From a virus (taxonomy: Duplodnaviria; Heunggongvirae; Uroviricota; Caudoviricetes): a DNA stretch of 64,000 bases. Under the pieces are notes generated by a model. The model searched no databases, had not been told where the DNA came from, and was given only the letters and a program-made list of their open reading frames with translations. Made by a program: the position numbers and the translations under genes. Positions within the stretch are counted from its first letter, which is position 1; every line of letters begins with the position of its first letter. The stretch is from IMG/VR virus record IMGVR_UViG_3300028025_004880; one strand, given 5' to 3'. Positions 1 to 9,801 of the stretch are shown here, piece after piece.

Positions 1-661
1 CAGGGCACTTAAATGTCACACTGTGTTTTAGTTTGGGCATCGTATCAAAAAAGGTTTCAATTTTCTTGAACTGTTGTTGTGTCAAACTATTTAAAAAGTC
101 TGTTAACTCTTGCTTAGTTTGTTCTTTTGCATGAAATACTTCGTCATCATTATACACATAATCAATACAGTCAGCGACCACATCAAAAATTGCTTCGATA
201 CTACCATTACGTAAACTCTCTAGAGCAATAAGAGTCTTAATATTTGGGTACTTCATCATAATTCCAAGACCATTGTGTAGGTCAACCTTCAAGGTATGAT
301 CCTTTACACCATGTACTTCAATTTTACTAATGTCTATTTGTTGTTGAGACTTCGCCTTTTCGTCATCGCAGGTGTCGCAGTAAAATAGAAGATCGACATA
401 CTCGCCAACAGATTTAGATCGTAACTGTGTGAAGATAAATTCTAAGTCAAAGATTGCTAATGCATCAACATCTATTGGTTCTTTAACACAAGAAGAAACG
501 ATTTCTCTCAATGTGTCAACCATAATGTTTATGTCTGCGCTTTGTTGCGCCAGCAATAATGCCTTTTCTTCTTTTACAAGAAAGGGTCTAATCTTAATTT
601 CCTTTTGTGTCGAAGGAATTTTAATTGTGTATATCGGTGTCTGTATAATAGGTAAAGCCAT
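1..661 (-). CDS. hypothetical protein; start codon at 659-661 (minus strand), C-terminus beyond the window start; >=220 aa visible, contains a CxxC pair
   Basis: Reverse-complement reading gives an uninterrupted ORF starting MALPIIQTPIYTIKIPSTQKEIKIRPF... with an AAGGAG RBS 9 nt upstream. Lies in the gp4/gp54 morphogenesis neighbourhood. Function not recognised. Confidence 0.5.
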   Translation of the reverse strand, partial: MALPIIQTPIYTIKIPSTQKEIKIRPFLVKEEKALLLAQQSADINIMVDTLREIVSSCVKEPIDVDALAIFDLEFIFTQLRSKSVGEYVDLLFYCDTCDDEKAKSQQQIDISKIEVHGVKDHTLKVDLHNGLGIMMKYPNIKTLIALESLRNGSIEAIFDVVADCIDYVYNDDEVFHAKEQTKQELTDFLNSLTQQQFKKIETFFDTMPKLKHSVTFKCP

Positions 662-665
662 GTTC

Positions 666-1082
666 TTAATCTCCTTTAGTCATATTCTTAATTAACTTAT
701 TCAACTCAGTAGTACTTCCAACAAAAATTGCGTTATTGTTGGTTATCTGTTTCGACTTTTCTTTTTCTACAGGATCATCTAGTTTTTGTTTCTGTTTATG
801 TAGATCCATCAGTTGCTGGTTTGCGTCGACCAACTGTTTCATTAAATTACCAACTACCTCAAATGCTCTTGGGTGTTCAGATTGTTTGGCAATTTCTAAA
901 GCACTTACCAAGGCTTCGTGACCCTGTTTGAGTAGTGCTTGAATGTTGCCCCTCGTTAAAGCATAATCATCTTCAACTTTTTCATTAGATGGTTTTAATA
1001 CTTCGCCATCTTGTGTTATAATTTCTGTTTTCATTGTGCTCTCAATGTCAAAAACTTCATTTAATTTATCATCCATTTTCAT
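666..1082 (-). CDS. hypothetical protein (138 aa), morphogenesis-region gene
   Basis: ORF in the six-frame track. Its stop is immediately followed by the RBS and start of the next minus-strand gene. No family recognised. Confidence 0.5.
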   Translation of the reverse strand: MKMDDKLNEVFDIESTMKTEIITQDGEVLKPSNEKVEDDYALTRGNIQALLKQGHEALVSALEIAKQSEHPRAFEVVGNLMKQLVDANQQLMDLHKQKQKLDDPVEKEKSKQITNNNAIFVGSTTELNKLIKNMTKGD

Positions 1083-1084
1083 AA

Positions 1085-1840
1085 TTAAACTGTATTTCCT
1101 CTCACACCTAAACGAAGTGAGCCATCTGGATCAGAGGGATCTAACCCTCTTGCTCTCATCTCTCTAATATATTCTGACTCAGAGGATTGACGACTTTGCG
1201 AAGATGGTGATACAAAGGCAGCGACCTGTGGTATAATAACCTGAGGAGCTGCAACAGTAGGAGTTTTTTCTATTGCTGATTGTTTCTGCGCCTCTGCTGC
1301 TTTACCGAAGTTTAGGGGTTCATAATACCTATATTGCATCTGCACCTGTAGTCTCATTACATCTTTGGCTTCATATGATAACTGTACTGCGCTAATTTGT
1401 TTTGGGTAACATTCAAACAGTTTGACACCATATGTTCTATTGTTTAAGCTGTCTAATGTAACTACAGTCATTTCAACTGTATAATCTTTGTAGTAGGAGA
1501 AGGTTCTTGTCTTTGTGTTTTGAATTTTCGATGCCCACGTGTCAAAAAATCCTTTTATCCACATATCTCTATCACAATAAAATGTCAACTGAAGTGGATC
1601 AAAAATTCTTTCATATGGGATCTCTCTAAATTCACCGAATGTTCTTGATTGTGTTGTTGTATACGAAAGACCAGGAAGTGATGCCTGTTCGCAGTACAAT
1701 ATCATTGTTCTCCAATTAATATCTTCTTTATATTGCGTATCGTTTAGAACTTTTGGTTTTGCGATAGATACCTCGAACTTGGATGGCTTCGCCAGTCCTG
1801 CCACTTTTATTGTTGCAATAAATTCGTTTAACGTAGTCAT
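1085..1840 (-). CDS. gp54: baseplate tail-tube initiator, gp54-like (tube-fold paralogue of gp19)
   Basis: N-terminus MTTLNEFIATIKVAGLAKPSKFEVSI follows the pattern of T4 gp54 (MYSLEEFNNQAINADFQRNNMF) and of tail-tube gp19 (PNQFRVELSF...). Tube-fold signature ...ILYCEQASLPGLSY...RTFGEFREIPYERIFDPLQLTFYCDRD. Assignment is from memory. Confidence 0.5.
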   Translation of the reverse strand: MTTLNEFIATIKVAGLAKPSKFEVSIAKPKVLNDTQYKEDINWRTMILYCEQASLPGLSYTTTQSRTFGEFREIPYERIFDPLQLTFYCDRDMWIKGFFDTWASKIQNTKTRTFSYYKDYTVEMTVVTLDSLNNRTYGVKLFECYPKQISAVQLSYEAKDVMRLQVQMQYRYYEPLNFGKAAEAQKQSAIEKTPTVAAPQVIIPQVAAFVSPSSQSRQSSESEYIREMRARGLDPSDPDGSLRLGVRGNTV

Positions 1841-2436
1841 CTCGTTTTCCTTATAGAGTCTGCCCAGACTGTTTCTTTTTTAGCCCCAACGAATCTTTCA
1901 ACAGGTAACATCATTGCAGTTGACCAGTCGCTTGCTGGCACAAACTTAAACTGAGATTTAACGTGACTGTCTAGGTAGTGTTTTATACAAGGTTTAGCGA
2001 GATTGAACTTAGATAGTCCAGAGATTGTTTCCCATGAGTATCTTATTCTTGTTGTCTCATCTAATTTACTATTAGAAGCAAACATCATCAGACGATCTAA
2101 TAATCTAACACGCAGCTGGTAGGGTAAATAGTGCATGTTTAATCCCATGAAACCACCTGGAATTTTTTGATATGGAAATACCAGTGGAAATAGGTCGTAG
2201 TATGGTAACTTATCTTTTGTCTTTGGGTCATATAAAAACATGAACAGTTTTCCTGGAGCAATTTTGCCTTTTAATCTATCAGCCTCATTGTTCATAACCT
2301 TGTTAGGTGTGAGGAATCGTTGCTTTCCAGATAAAAGCAATGCCTGTTGTTCGTACCATGTTTTAGATTTTCCCGCAATATTTGGGTCCATTCTAAACTT
2401 GTCGAACAGGGATTGGAATGATTCGTTTTTAGCCAT
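1837..2436 (-). CDS. hypothetical morphogenesis protein (199 aa); could correspond to gp2, gp26 or gp51 of the T4 scheme
   Basis: ORF overlaps the neighbouring gene by an ATGA junction. It sits between gp54-like and gp4 in a head/baseplate completion cluster. No motif I can assign confidently. Confidence 0.4.
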   Translation of the reverse strand: MAKNESFQSLFDKFRMDPNIAGKSKTWYEQQALLLSGKQRFLTPNKVMNNEADRLKGKIAPGKLFMFLYDPKTKDKLPYYDLFPLVFPYQKIPGGFMGLNMHYLPYQLRVRLLDRLMMFASNSKLDETTRIRYSWETISGLSKFNLAKPCIKHYLDSHVKSQFKFVPASDWSTAMMLPVERFVGAKKETVWADSIRKTR

Positions 2437-2445
2437 ATTGTATAT

Positions 2446-2892
2446 TTATCTAGTTTGTGACAGCCCAAGTTCATATTCAGTAATTATCTTAAAATGCCAT
2501 CCTCTGTCTTTGGCATAAGAATCAGCAGCTTTCCACTTCGCCTGATTTATAACAAAGGTAGAGGACTCGGTAAGATATCGTTTAGTTTGTCTCCCAGGAT
2601 ACTTTGGGGGCTGTGTTTGGTTATGGGGTTTTATCTCAACCAAATATGTTGAGAGTTTCCCTGTTTTATCTCTTGTCTGAATCCTAAAATCTATGAAATA
2701 ACGATGAACCTTGTCATCAATGGGCGATCTATAAGGAACAACAGTTTCCTCTGAAGACCACTTTATAATAGACGTGCTTCGATCGCACCATGAGGCGAAT
2801 CTGGTTTCCCAGCTCGATCTCATAATGATATTGGTTGGGTCACCATCATATTTTTCTGGATTCGATGGTTTATATTTTCTCTTGTGAAACAT
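2446..2892 (-). CDS. gp4: head completion protein gp4-like
   Basis: 148 aa (T4 gp4 is 150 aa). N-terminal KYKPSNPEKYDGDPTNIIMRSSWETRFASWCD matches my memory of the gp4 family signature (YKPKNPxKYxGD...YRSSWE...W.D). Divergent to the +strand baseplate genes, as gene 4 is to gene 53 in T4. Confidence 0.55.
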   Translation of the reverse strand: MFHKRKYKPSNPEKYDGDPTNIIMRSSWETRFASWCDRSTSIIKWSSEETVVPYRSPIDDKVHRYFIDFRIQTRDKTGKLSTYLVEIKPHNQTQPPKYPGRQTKRYLTESSTFVINQAKWKAADSYAKDRGWHFKIITEYELGLSQTR

Positions 2893-2945
2893 AACTAAAT
2901 AATAGAAGGCTTACCTTATTTAACATATTTAGTTAGAGAATCCAG

Positions 2946-4052
2946 ATGGCAAATCAAGAAAACCCGACAGAAACCCTATTTACTTCTGCCGATGGCAGCA
3001 AGTACAATATAGATAAACTTACTTATCCACTAGACTTAGTAGGAAACTACTCCGAGTATGGAGAGAGTATGATCCTGTTTAACATCAATGTGTTAGAGGA
3101 ATCAAAGTTGGGTAAGGGTCCAGAAGACACTTTTGTGAAAGATTTTACCCCAAGTTATCGTGGTGAATTGGTCGGCGCAGCATATAGTACTGCTAGAGTT
3201 AGAATAACGGCAGCAGCAACAGGTGCGATTACAGGTGCAGGGGTAAGTAGTTTTGCTGGTGAAAATACCTTCGGTGGCGCAGCTCTTGGCGCTGGCGTAA
3301 ATACTGTAGCTGGACTAGAAGTATTACCCAAGAGTGGTAAATTTACAAGACCTGTTAAGCGTTTGAAAACAGCCATCGCTTTACATATGCCAAACCAATT
3401 ACAAATTAGATATGGGATGAATTGGCAGGATAAAGAGATGTTAACTGAAACAGCTGCAGTTGAAGCGACCAATATGGCAACACTGGCTGGTGGTATTGCT
3501 GGTGGTGCGATTGCGAAGGGACTTGGTAACAGTCCTGCTGCTGGCGCAGCAATTGGTGCTGGTATTGGAGCAACTATCGCTAATCCGACAGTCACTGCAG
3601 CATTAGCACTTCAAAGCGTTCCTGGTGGCGAATTTATGCAAGCAGGATCTGGGGTAGCAGTAAACCCAAAGAAAGAACAAACATTTAAAGGTGTTGATTT
3701 TAGAACATTCAACATTAACTACGAATTTTACCCAAGAGATGAAGAAGAAGCAAGAAACGTATTAAATATCATCTATCAATTTAAGTACCACATGCATCCA
3801 GAATACAAAGATGGTACTACATTCTTGTTTGTGTATCCATCAGAATTTGATGTGTTCTACTATAAGGGTAAGGGTCTAAATAAATCAATCCATAAACACA
3901 CCTCATGTGTGTTGGCTGACATGACTGTTAATTATACACCAAATGGTCAATTCGCAACATTCGCAGATGGAACACCAACTCAAATCAACATTCAATTGAC
4001 ATTTAGAGAATTGGGTGTCCTTACTAAAGATAAAATTAAAGAGGGTCTATAA
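2946..4052 (+). CDS. gp48: baseplate tail-tube cap protein, gp48-like, with an internal Gly/Ala-rich segment
   Basis: 368 aa (T4 gp48 is 364 aa). The C-terminal half (FRTFNINYEFYPRDEEEARNVLNIIYQFKYHMHP) has the tube-fold pattern. Located immediately upstream of gp53. A CTAAATAA late-promoter-like motif lies at 2895-2902. Confidence 0.5.
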   Translation: MANQENPTETLFTSADGSKYNIDKLTYPLDLVGNYSEYGESMILFNINVLEESKLGKGPEDTFVKDFTPSYRGELVGAAYSTARVRITAAATGAITGAGVSSFAGENTFGGAALGAGVNTVAGLEVLPKSGKFTRPVKRLKTAIALHMPNQLQIRYGMNWQDKEMLTETAAVEATNMATLAGGIAGGAIAKGLGNSPAAGAAIGAGIGATIANPTVTAALALQSVPGGEFMQAGSGVAVNPKKEQTFKGVDFRTFNINYEFYPRDEEEARNVLNIIYQFKYHMHPEYKDGTTFLFVYPSEFDVFYYKGKGLNKSIHKHTSCVLADMTVNYTPNGQFATFADGTPTQINIQLTFRELGVLTKDKIKEGL

Positions 4053-4543
4053 TGTATTTTGATAACTTCGAACAAATATATTATGATTTTGAAACATCGC
4101 CTGGAAATTTTGATTTGATGGTGTTGAGAGATATAACAAAGAATGTTCGCTTTAGAAAAGAAGTAGTTGAAAATATTTCCCAGTGGGAATACTACTACAT
4201 TAAAGATGGCGAAACAATGGAAATGATTTCAGAAAAACTATATGGATCTCCAATGTATCATTGGGTTCTCATGATTCTAAATGAAAAGTATGACTACATC
4301 AATGATATGCCATTGTCACAACCGCAACTAGATAAACATGTAATAGCAAAATATGGACAGGCGAATATAAATGCTGTTCATCATTACGAAAATGCTGCTG
4401 GTCTTATAGTTAACTCTGGTGTTGGCACAACTACTATCAGTAACACTCTACATGAAGATAGAGTAAATGAACAAAAAAGAAAATTAAAAATATTGGCACC
4501 AGCCTTGATGTCTCAAGTTTTAGATATGTATAGGAAATTATAA
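4052..4543 (+). CDS. gp53: baseplate wedge protein gp53
   Basis: YYYIKDGETMEMISEKLYGSPMYHWVLMILNEKYDYINDMPLSQ aligns to T4 gp53 YYIKGSPRPEELANAIYGNPQLYWVLLMCNDNYDPYYGWITSQE. Start overlaps the upstream stop (TAATG). Confidence 0.75.
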   Translation: MYFDNFEQIYYDFETSPGNFDLMVLRDITKNVRFRKEVVENISQWEYYYIKDGETMEMISEKLYGSPMYHWVLMILNEKYDYINDMPLSQPQLDKHVIAKYGQANINAVHHYENAAGLIVNSGVGTTTISNTLHEDRVNEQKRKLKILAPALMSQVLDMYRKL

Positions 4544-5829
4544 TGTCGTTGATGGGTTTAGCATTTCCAGGTGATGTAAATATTGAAGAAGCTCTAGTAA
4601 GATCTTCCAATGGATTCGTGCAAGATGTGCGTGGGCAGATTGCGCAGGTAGAAGTATTTGAAGATATTTTTTCTCCATTTATTTCAGGCACACTTATTCT
4701 TACAGATGCAATCGATCTTGTTAATTTCTTCCCATTTATCGGCGAAGAGTATTTGACATTGAAGATTTCTACTCCTACAATGGATACTAAGGACAGAATT
4801 ATCCAAGGAGATTTCTATCTCTTTAAGATGGATCAACGTCTATTGCTAAACGATAAAAATGCAGCTTACGTATTACATTTTATTTCAAAAGAAGCAGTCG
4901 CAGATTTAAATTTTAAACTTAGTAAATCGTTTGAAGGTAATTGTAGTGACATTGCGAAAGAACTTATCGGAACACCACGTGGATTAAATTCTCCGAAAGT
5001 AGTAAGATATGAGCAAGCTGCCAACAAGGTAAGATTTGTTTCTAATTTTTGGAGTCCAGTTGCTTGTCTAAATTATCTAGCGAAAGTTGCAGTGAGTGAT
5101 AAGAATAATAGTACGTACTTATTTTTTGAAAACAGAACTGGTTTTAATTTTGTTACTTTAAATGAACTTTACAGTGCCCCTGTGTTTCAAGAGTTTATTT
5201 TTGATAATAAAACTAGAGCATTTACACCGCAAGGCACAAATATACAAGATACTGATGAGGGATTTAAGCGTGTTCACAAAATGGATGTCGAACGATCTTT
5301 TGACTATATGCAAAGAACACGTAGTGGCATATACTCATCAAAAATGATCACACATGATTTTGTCAGCAAAAAATATTCTGTGAAAAACTATAATCTTTTA
5401 CAAGATTTTCAAAACCATAATCACCTAAACAAATTTCCCATCGCATCTTCCCGTGTTCCAGTAGCACCGAATGCGATGCAGTTATATGAACAAAAACATT
5501 TTGGTGTTTATACAGATTACAACGATATAACTAATACGAAAAATGCGCAGCAAAGAATATCTTTAATGGGACAAGCAGAATCTTTTAAGATACAAATTGT
5601 TGTTTCAGGAAGAACCGATTACACAGTTGGAATGAGAGTAAATTTGACTACATATAAAACATCGTCAGCATATACGCAAGAAAATACAGATGACTTAATT
5701 GATAAGATTCATTCTGGAAATTATTTGGTCGCAGCAATAAATCATACAATTGATAAAGAACAGCATACATGTCACATGGAACTAATAAAGGATTCTATGC
5801 TAGTTGATCTTGATAGGGGTGGAAGATGA
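4543..5829 (+). CDS. gp27: baseplate hub protein, gp27-like (inferred)
   Basis: 428 aa ORF overlapping its neighbours, immediately upstream of and translationally coupled to gp5. T4 gp27 (391 aa) is the partner of gp5 in the hub. Sequence similarity to T4 gp27 is not obvious by eye, so this call rests on size and position. Confidence 0.45.
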   Translation: MSLMGLAFPGDVNIEEALVRSSNGFVQDVRGQIAQVEVFEDIFSPFISGTLILTDAIDLVNFFPFIGEEYLTLKISTPTMDTKDRIIQGDFYLFKMDQRLLLNDKNAAYVLHFISKEAVADLNFKLSKSFEGNCSDIAKELIGTPRGLNSPKVVRYEQAANKVRFVSNFWSPVACLNYLAKVAVSDKNNSTYLFFENRTGFNFVTLNELYSAPVFQEFIFDNKTRAFTPQGTNIQDTDEGFKRVHKMDVERSFDYMQRTRSGIYSSKMITHDFVSKKYSVKNYNLLQDFQNHNHLNKFPIASSRVPVAPNAMQLYEQKHFGVYTDYNDITNTKNAQQRISLMGQAESFKIQIVVSGRTDYTVGMRVNLTTYKTSSAYTQENTDDLIDKIHSGNYLVAAINHTIDKEQHTCHMELIKDSMLVDLDRGGR

Positions 5830-8800
5830 GTGCAATGTTTCATACTGGAGTTGTGGAAAGTCGTGATGATCCACTAAGAATTGGAAGATGTAAGGTCAGA
5901 GTAGTTGGCGTTCATACCGAAGATTCAACAATATTGCCAACTGAAGATTTGCCATGGGCATTCCCAATGCAGCCAGTAACTTCTGCTGCTATGAATGGTA
6001 TTGGCCATGCGCCAGTAGGTCCAGTTCCAGGCACTTGGGTAATTATATTTTTTCAAGATGATGCGAAACAGTTTCCTGTTATAATGGGAACTATTGGTGG
6101 TATACCACAACAAAGTTTATATGGACAAATTGATGCTGATACCGACAACATAATATTGGCACCACCTAGTACTGCTGTTGACTTGAGAACTGTTCCTTCT
6201 CAATTACCTGTTACAGAATTGACATTCTATGATCCGAATGGGCAGATCGAAAACTTAACAGAAAAACTCAGCAAAGATATGCGAGTTTTTGGTCCAGGTA
6301 TACAAGAAGAAACTCTAATTGAACAAGTGCTCAATGCTAGGAGCATTAGAATCAATAAACCCTTTGGTCTTTCTGGCGAACAGATTATTACATTTAAAGC
6401 TGCGCCCACTAACTTAGATTCAGTAAAAGAAAGTCGTAGCGGTCAAGAAGAAACATTACAAACTGGTGGTAATATTACTGTTAATGATGGTGTGCCAACA
6501 AGATCAGCGCCACCAACAGCTGCGACTACAACTGCAGCAACCCCCACAGCAGATAAACCTGCTGATACTGATATTAATAAGGCTATCCCAACAGTTCCAC
6601 CGAAAAAGTATCAGAAAAATTTATCAGTGCAAACAGCTTCAATTAAAGCCATGATTGCTGCTTGTGATAAGGTGGGCTTGACAGCGAAAGCGCAAAAGTG
6701 TGCGCTACTTGGTATTGCTGGTGGCGAGTCATCATGGCAACCACTATTTGAAAACACAAGCTACAGCGAAAAAAGATTTGCACAAATTTTCCCAGGAATT
6801 ACAAACAAACGTCCAGAAGAAGAATGGAAAAATTATATCAATTGGGATTCATCAACCAAGGGAAGAGAAGGATTCTTCAGTTACATTTATGGACCAACAA
6901 CACGTGGTAAAGGTTTTTTCCAACACACTACAGATGCTGAGGGTGGAAAATATTACGGACGTGGTTACATTCAGTTAACAGGTAAGTCTAACTATATTAG
7001 ATACAATAATCTCGCTAAAAAATTTGGTTTGAATATTGACATTGTTAACAATCCAGATTCTCTTAATGCTGATCTTAATGTTTGTGCTATTGTTGCTGCA
7101 TTATATTTGGTTGATCGTGTTCCTAAGAATACACCAACAGACGGAAGATATTTTGAAGTAGCAAAAAGAGCTGTTGGTATCAACTCACCAGACATTGGTG
7201 CCAGAAAAAAAGAATTTTTTGAATATTTCTATGGCGAGAAATCGGAAGGTATAGCTGATAAAGAAGCGTTGCCAACTGCTCTTCCTGGAGTTGAAGCATC
7301 CGCTGGTGATGATGAAAACGGTAAAGTAATTCCTTCGCCATCGGCAGCCGAAAGTAGATTTGGTTTTAGAGATCCTAATGGTAAGTATCCACTGGGTAAC
7401 TTAATAAATGAGCCAGACACAAACAGACTTGCTAGAGGTGTTTCTAAGGGAACTGTTATCGATGTAAAAGATGGTTTGCGTGTATTAAAAGTTCCCACAG
7501 CGAATGGTGGGTCATGGGATCAACCAGAAGCGCCATATGGTGGCCAATATCCATATAACAAAGTTTTTGAAACAGAATCAGGACACGTTCAAGAGTGGGA
7601 TGATACTCCAGGCAATGAAAGAATAACTACATTCCACAGAGCAGGAACATACTCAGATATTGATGCCGATGGCACACGTGTTGATTACATACAAGGCGAC
7701 ACTTATACTGTTATGTCTAAGAATGGATTTTTGTATGTATATGGATCTTGCAACTTAACTGTTGGTGGGCAAGTAAACATTTTATGTCAATCCGATGCTA
7801 ACATTAAAGTTGAAGGTAATGCTGAAGCGATTTTTGGTGGCAACGTGGATCTCGGTGTCGCACAAAACTTGAATATGGCTGTTGGCTCTGACTTCTCGCT
7901 CAAAGTTGGTGGAAATTTAGATATCGATGTTGGTGGAAATGCTTCAGCTGCAGTTAAAGGTAATCTTGGCATAGCAGTTACTGAATTGACAGATATTAAA
8001 TCTACTGGAAGTGTAAGGTTTAGTACTGATTCTGCCATGGAGATAAAATCAGGTGGCGCTATGCGTCTTGATTATTCTAGAGGCGATTTTGGTAATGGCG
8101 CAAATCCTGCTACGCCAACTGCTCCAGCTGATGCTACTGCATTGACACCACCACCTATTGGTAATCCACAAGGAAATAGTGTTGCTCCATTAGAGGGAAG
8201 AGAACGTACCGCAGATAAAGAAAAGGCTGGTGAAACAGAAGAAGATCTAAACACACCAGAGGGAAGAAAACTTCAAAACGATAAACAACAAGAAGTTGCT
8301 GGTAGAGAAAATACTTCTGACGCATCAGAAGTTGCGGCAGCTCCATCAGGCGGTGCGCCAGATCCTAAGTCAAAAGTTAATTGTGCAGTTATCTTCTCTT
8401 CAGAAAGATTTACTGACAGCTACAAACTTACAAAGAACTTTACTCTCGGTATGTGTATTGATGGTGGTGTTGGTGGTCGCCATAGATTACAAAATCAAAC
8501 ATTAACTGATGTGTTGCAGAATAATAAAGAACGTATTTACACTCCACAAGAAATTGTGTGTAACTTGGCTAACCACGTTGAAGCGTGTTTAGAACCATTG
8601 GTAGATAAAGAAATTGTTCCACAAGGTATGGTTGGTTACAGAAAAGGATTGTGGGGCATTAACTCTGGCTATCGTCTGAAGGGTGTTATCGGACCAATTG
8701 AATCTGCGACTTCTCCACACTGTAAAGGACAAGCTCTTGACATTGGCTTACGTGGCTCTGATCGTTATAAGAGAACGTATGAATTGGTGCAGGTAATAGA

Positions 8801-9008
8801 ACGTACTATCCCTTATGACCAAATTATTCTTGAGTATGATAATCCTGGGTCATGCTGGATTCATATTGGATATAATTATGCGGGTGGTAATAGAAGAATG
8901 GCATTTACTATGTCGCGACACGCTACTTATCAAAGAGATGCTAAAGGTTTCCCACGTGGATTCGTCTTGTTGGAGCCAGTAAATGGTGTGTTCCCCAAGA
9001 AAGGATAA
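5826..9008 (+). CDS. gp5: baseplate central spike / cell-puncturing protein gp5 with an N-terminal OB domain, a GH19-type lysozyme domain, a VxGxxxxx beta-helix, a Pro/Glu-rich linker and a C-terminal M15-type peptidase-like domain
   Basis: N-terminus FHTGVVESRDDPLRIGRCKVRVVGVHTE...EDLPWAFPMQPVTSAAMNGIGHAPVGPVPGTWV matches the T4 gp5 OB domain (WFVGVVEDVMDP..RGRVRVRVHG...EDLPWMQV.QPITSAAMSGIGG). GH19 catalytic motif YGRGYIQLTGKSNY at about 6958-6996. Eight octapeptide repeats (IKVEGNAE/AIFGGNVD/.../IDVGGNAS/AAVKGNLG) at about 7800-7990. M15-like SPHCKGQALD (H-x6-D) at about 8711-8745, plus WIHIG at about 8851-8870. Confidence 0.85.
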   Translation: MSAMFHTGVVESRDDPLRIGRCKVRVVGVHTEDSTILPTEDLPWAFPMQPVTSAAMNGIGHAPVGPVPGTWVIIFFQDDAKQFPVIMGTIGGIPQQSLYGQIDADTDNIILAPPSTAVDLRTVPSQLPVTELTFYDPNGQIENLTEKLSKDMRVFGPGIQEETLIEQVLNARSIRINKPFGLSGEQIITFKAAPTNLDSVKESRSGQEETLQTGGNITVNDGVPTRSAPPTAATTTAATPTADKPADTDINKAIPTVPPKKYQKNLSVQTASIKAMIAACDKVGLTAKAQKCALLGIAGGESSWQPLFENTSYSEKRFAQIFPGITNKRPEEEWKNYINWDSSTKGREGFFSYIYGPTTRGKGFFQHTTDAEGGKYYGRGYIQLTGKSNYIRYNNLAKKFGLNIDIVNNPDSLNADLNVCAIVAALYLVDRVPKNTPTDGRYFEVAKRAVGINSPDIGARKKEFFEYFYGEKSEGIADKEALPTALPGVEASAGDDENGKVIPSPSAAESRFGFRDPNGKYPLGNLINEPDTNRLARGVSKGTVIDVKDGLRVLKVPTANGGSWDQPEAPYGGQYPYNKVFETESGHVQEWDDTPGNERITTFHRAGTYSDIDADGTRVDYIQGDTYTVMSKNGFLYVYGSCNLTVGGQVNILCQSDANIKVEGNAEAIFGGNVDLGVAQNLNMAVGSDFSLKVGGNLDIDVGGNASAAVKGNLGIAVTELTDIKSTGSVRFSTDSAMEIKSGGAMRLDYSRGDFGNGANPATPTAPADATALTPPPIGNPQGNSVAPLEGRERTADKEKAGETEEDLNTPEGRKLQNDKQQEVAGRENTSDASEVAAAPSGGAPDPKSKVNCAVIFSSERFTDSYKLTKNFTLGMCIDGGVGGRHRLQNQTLTDVLQNNKERIYTPQEIVCNLANHVEACLEPLVDKEIVPQGMVGYRKGLWGINSGYRLKGVIGPIESATSPHCKGQALDIGLRGSDRYKRTYELVQVIERTIPYDQIILEYDNPGSCWIHIGYNYAGGNRRMAFTMSRHATYQRDAKGFPRGFVLLEPVNGVFPKKG

Positions 9009-9011
9009 TTA

Positions 9012-9482
9012 ATGTTTTATCCTACTGATACTCAGCTTGGAACTGTTACTGAAAATCAATCTCTAAATTTTCAGATTTATTATGAGGAAGAAAACATACT
9101 TACACTGACAACCACCAGATATCCTGTTACCATAGTGGCTAACGAATCGAATCCAAGTACCATTTTATTACAATCACTGGTATCTCCAATTAGGGCAAGT
9201 ATAAGTGGTTATTATTTTGACTCTTTTACAAATAGTATACAGTATAGGACTCCCACCGATACTTTTGTTACTGTGCCGAAATTTGAACAAATTGATATAA
9301 CAAAATTGTCTGAAATGGTATCATATGATGCTGATACTAATCGAACAAAAAATTATACATATACAGCCACTGCAAGAGACGGATTGATTGTAAAGGGAAT
9401 AAATATCTATACCATAACAGTGCAAAATGATTGGACTAATGGTAAAAACTCTCTTCAAACTTATGTAGGATACACAGTATAA
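9012..9482 (+). CDS. hypothetical protein (156 aa) between the spike and PAAR genes
   Basis: ORF in the track, coupled to its neighbours by ATAATG overlaps. No family recognised. Confidence 0.45.
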   Translation: MFYPTDTQLGTVTENQSLNFQIYYEEENILTLTTTRYPVTIVANESNPSTILLQSLVSPIRASISGYYFDSFTNSIQYRTPTDTFVTVPKFEQIDITKLSEMVSYDADTNRTKNYTYTATARDGLIVKGINIYTITVQNDWTNGKNSLQTYVGYTV

Positions 9483-9790
9483 TGCCAGCAATCGTAAGAG
9501 TTGGAGATAAAAGCACTGGACATGGTTGTTTTCCACCAACCCCTATGTTACAAACACCAGTTTCTAAGACCTTTGTGAATGGTATAAAGGTTGGTGTAGT
9601 GAATAGTGGGTCGTTTCACGCCACTCATTCTTGTGGTATTACTGTGCACCCCCAGCCAAGCGCAAGGGCACATGTTTCTGGCTCTGGCAACACTTTCATA
9701 GAAGGGTTTCCTGCTGCTAGAATTGGTGATAATATTTCTTGCGGAGACGCAATCGCACAAGGTTCCACGAATACCTTCATTGGTGGATAA
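9482..9790 (+). CDS. gp5.4: PAAR-repeat spike-tip protein (gp5.4-like)
   Basis: 102 aa, Gly/His/Cys-rich with PAAR-like repeats (GFPAARIGD, HGCFPP, HATHSCG). Sits in the same position as T4 gp5.4, just after gp5. Confidence 0.7.
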   Translation: MPAIVRVGDKSTGHGCFPPTPMLQTPVSKTFVNGIKVGVVNSGSFHATHSCGITVHPQPSARAHVSGSGNTFIEGFPAARIGDNISCGDAIAQGSTNTFIGG

Positions 9791-9801
9791 TAAATAGGTA
9801 T

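Noticed and set aside
429-695. 88-aa plus-strand ORF at the window start
   Set aside because: It overlaps, antisense, a longer minus-strand ORF that has a strong AAGGAG RBS and continues off the window. The hydrophobic composition is consistent with a shadow frame.
3155-3595. 146-aa minus-strand ORF rich in Ala/Pro inside the gp48-like gene
   Set aside because: It is the antisense frame of the Gly/Ala-rich (GCx-GGx) segment of the plus-strand gene. It has no RBS and gives proline/alanine low-complexity translation typical of a frame artefact.
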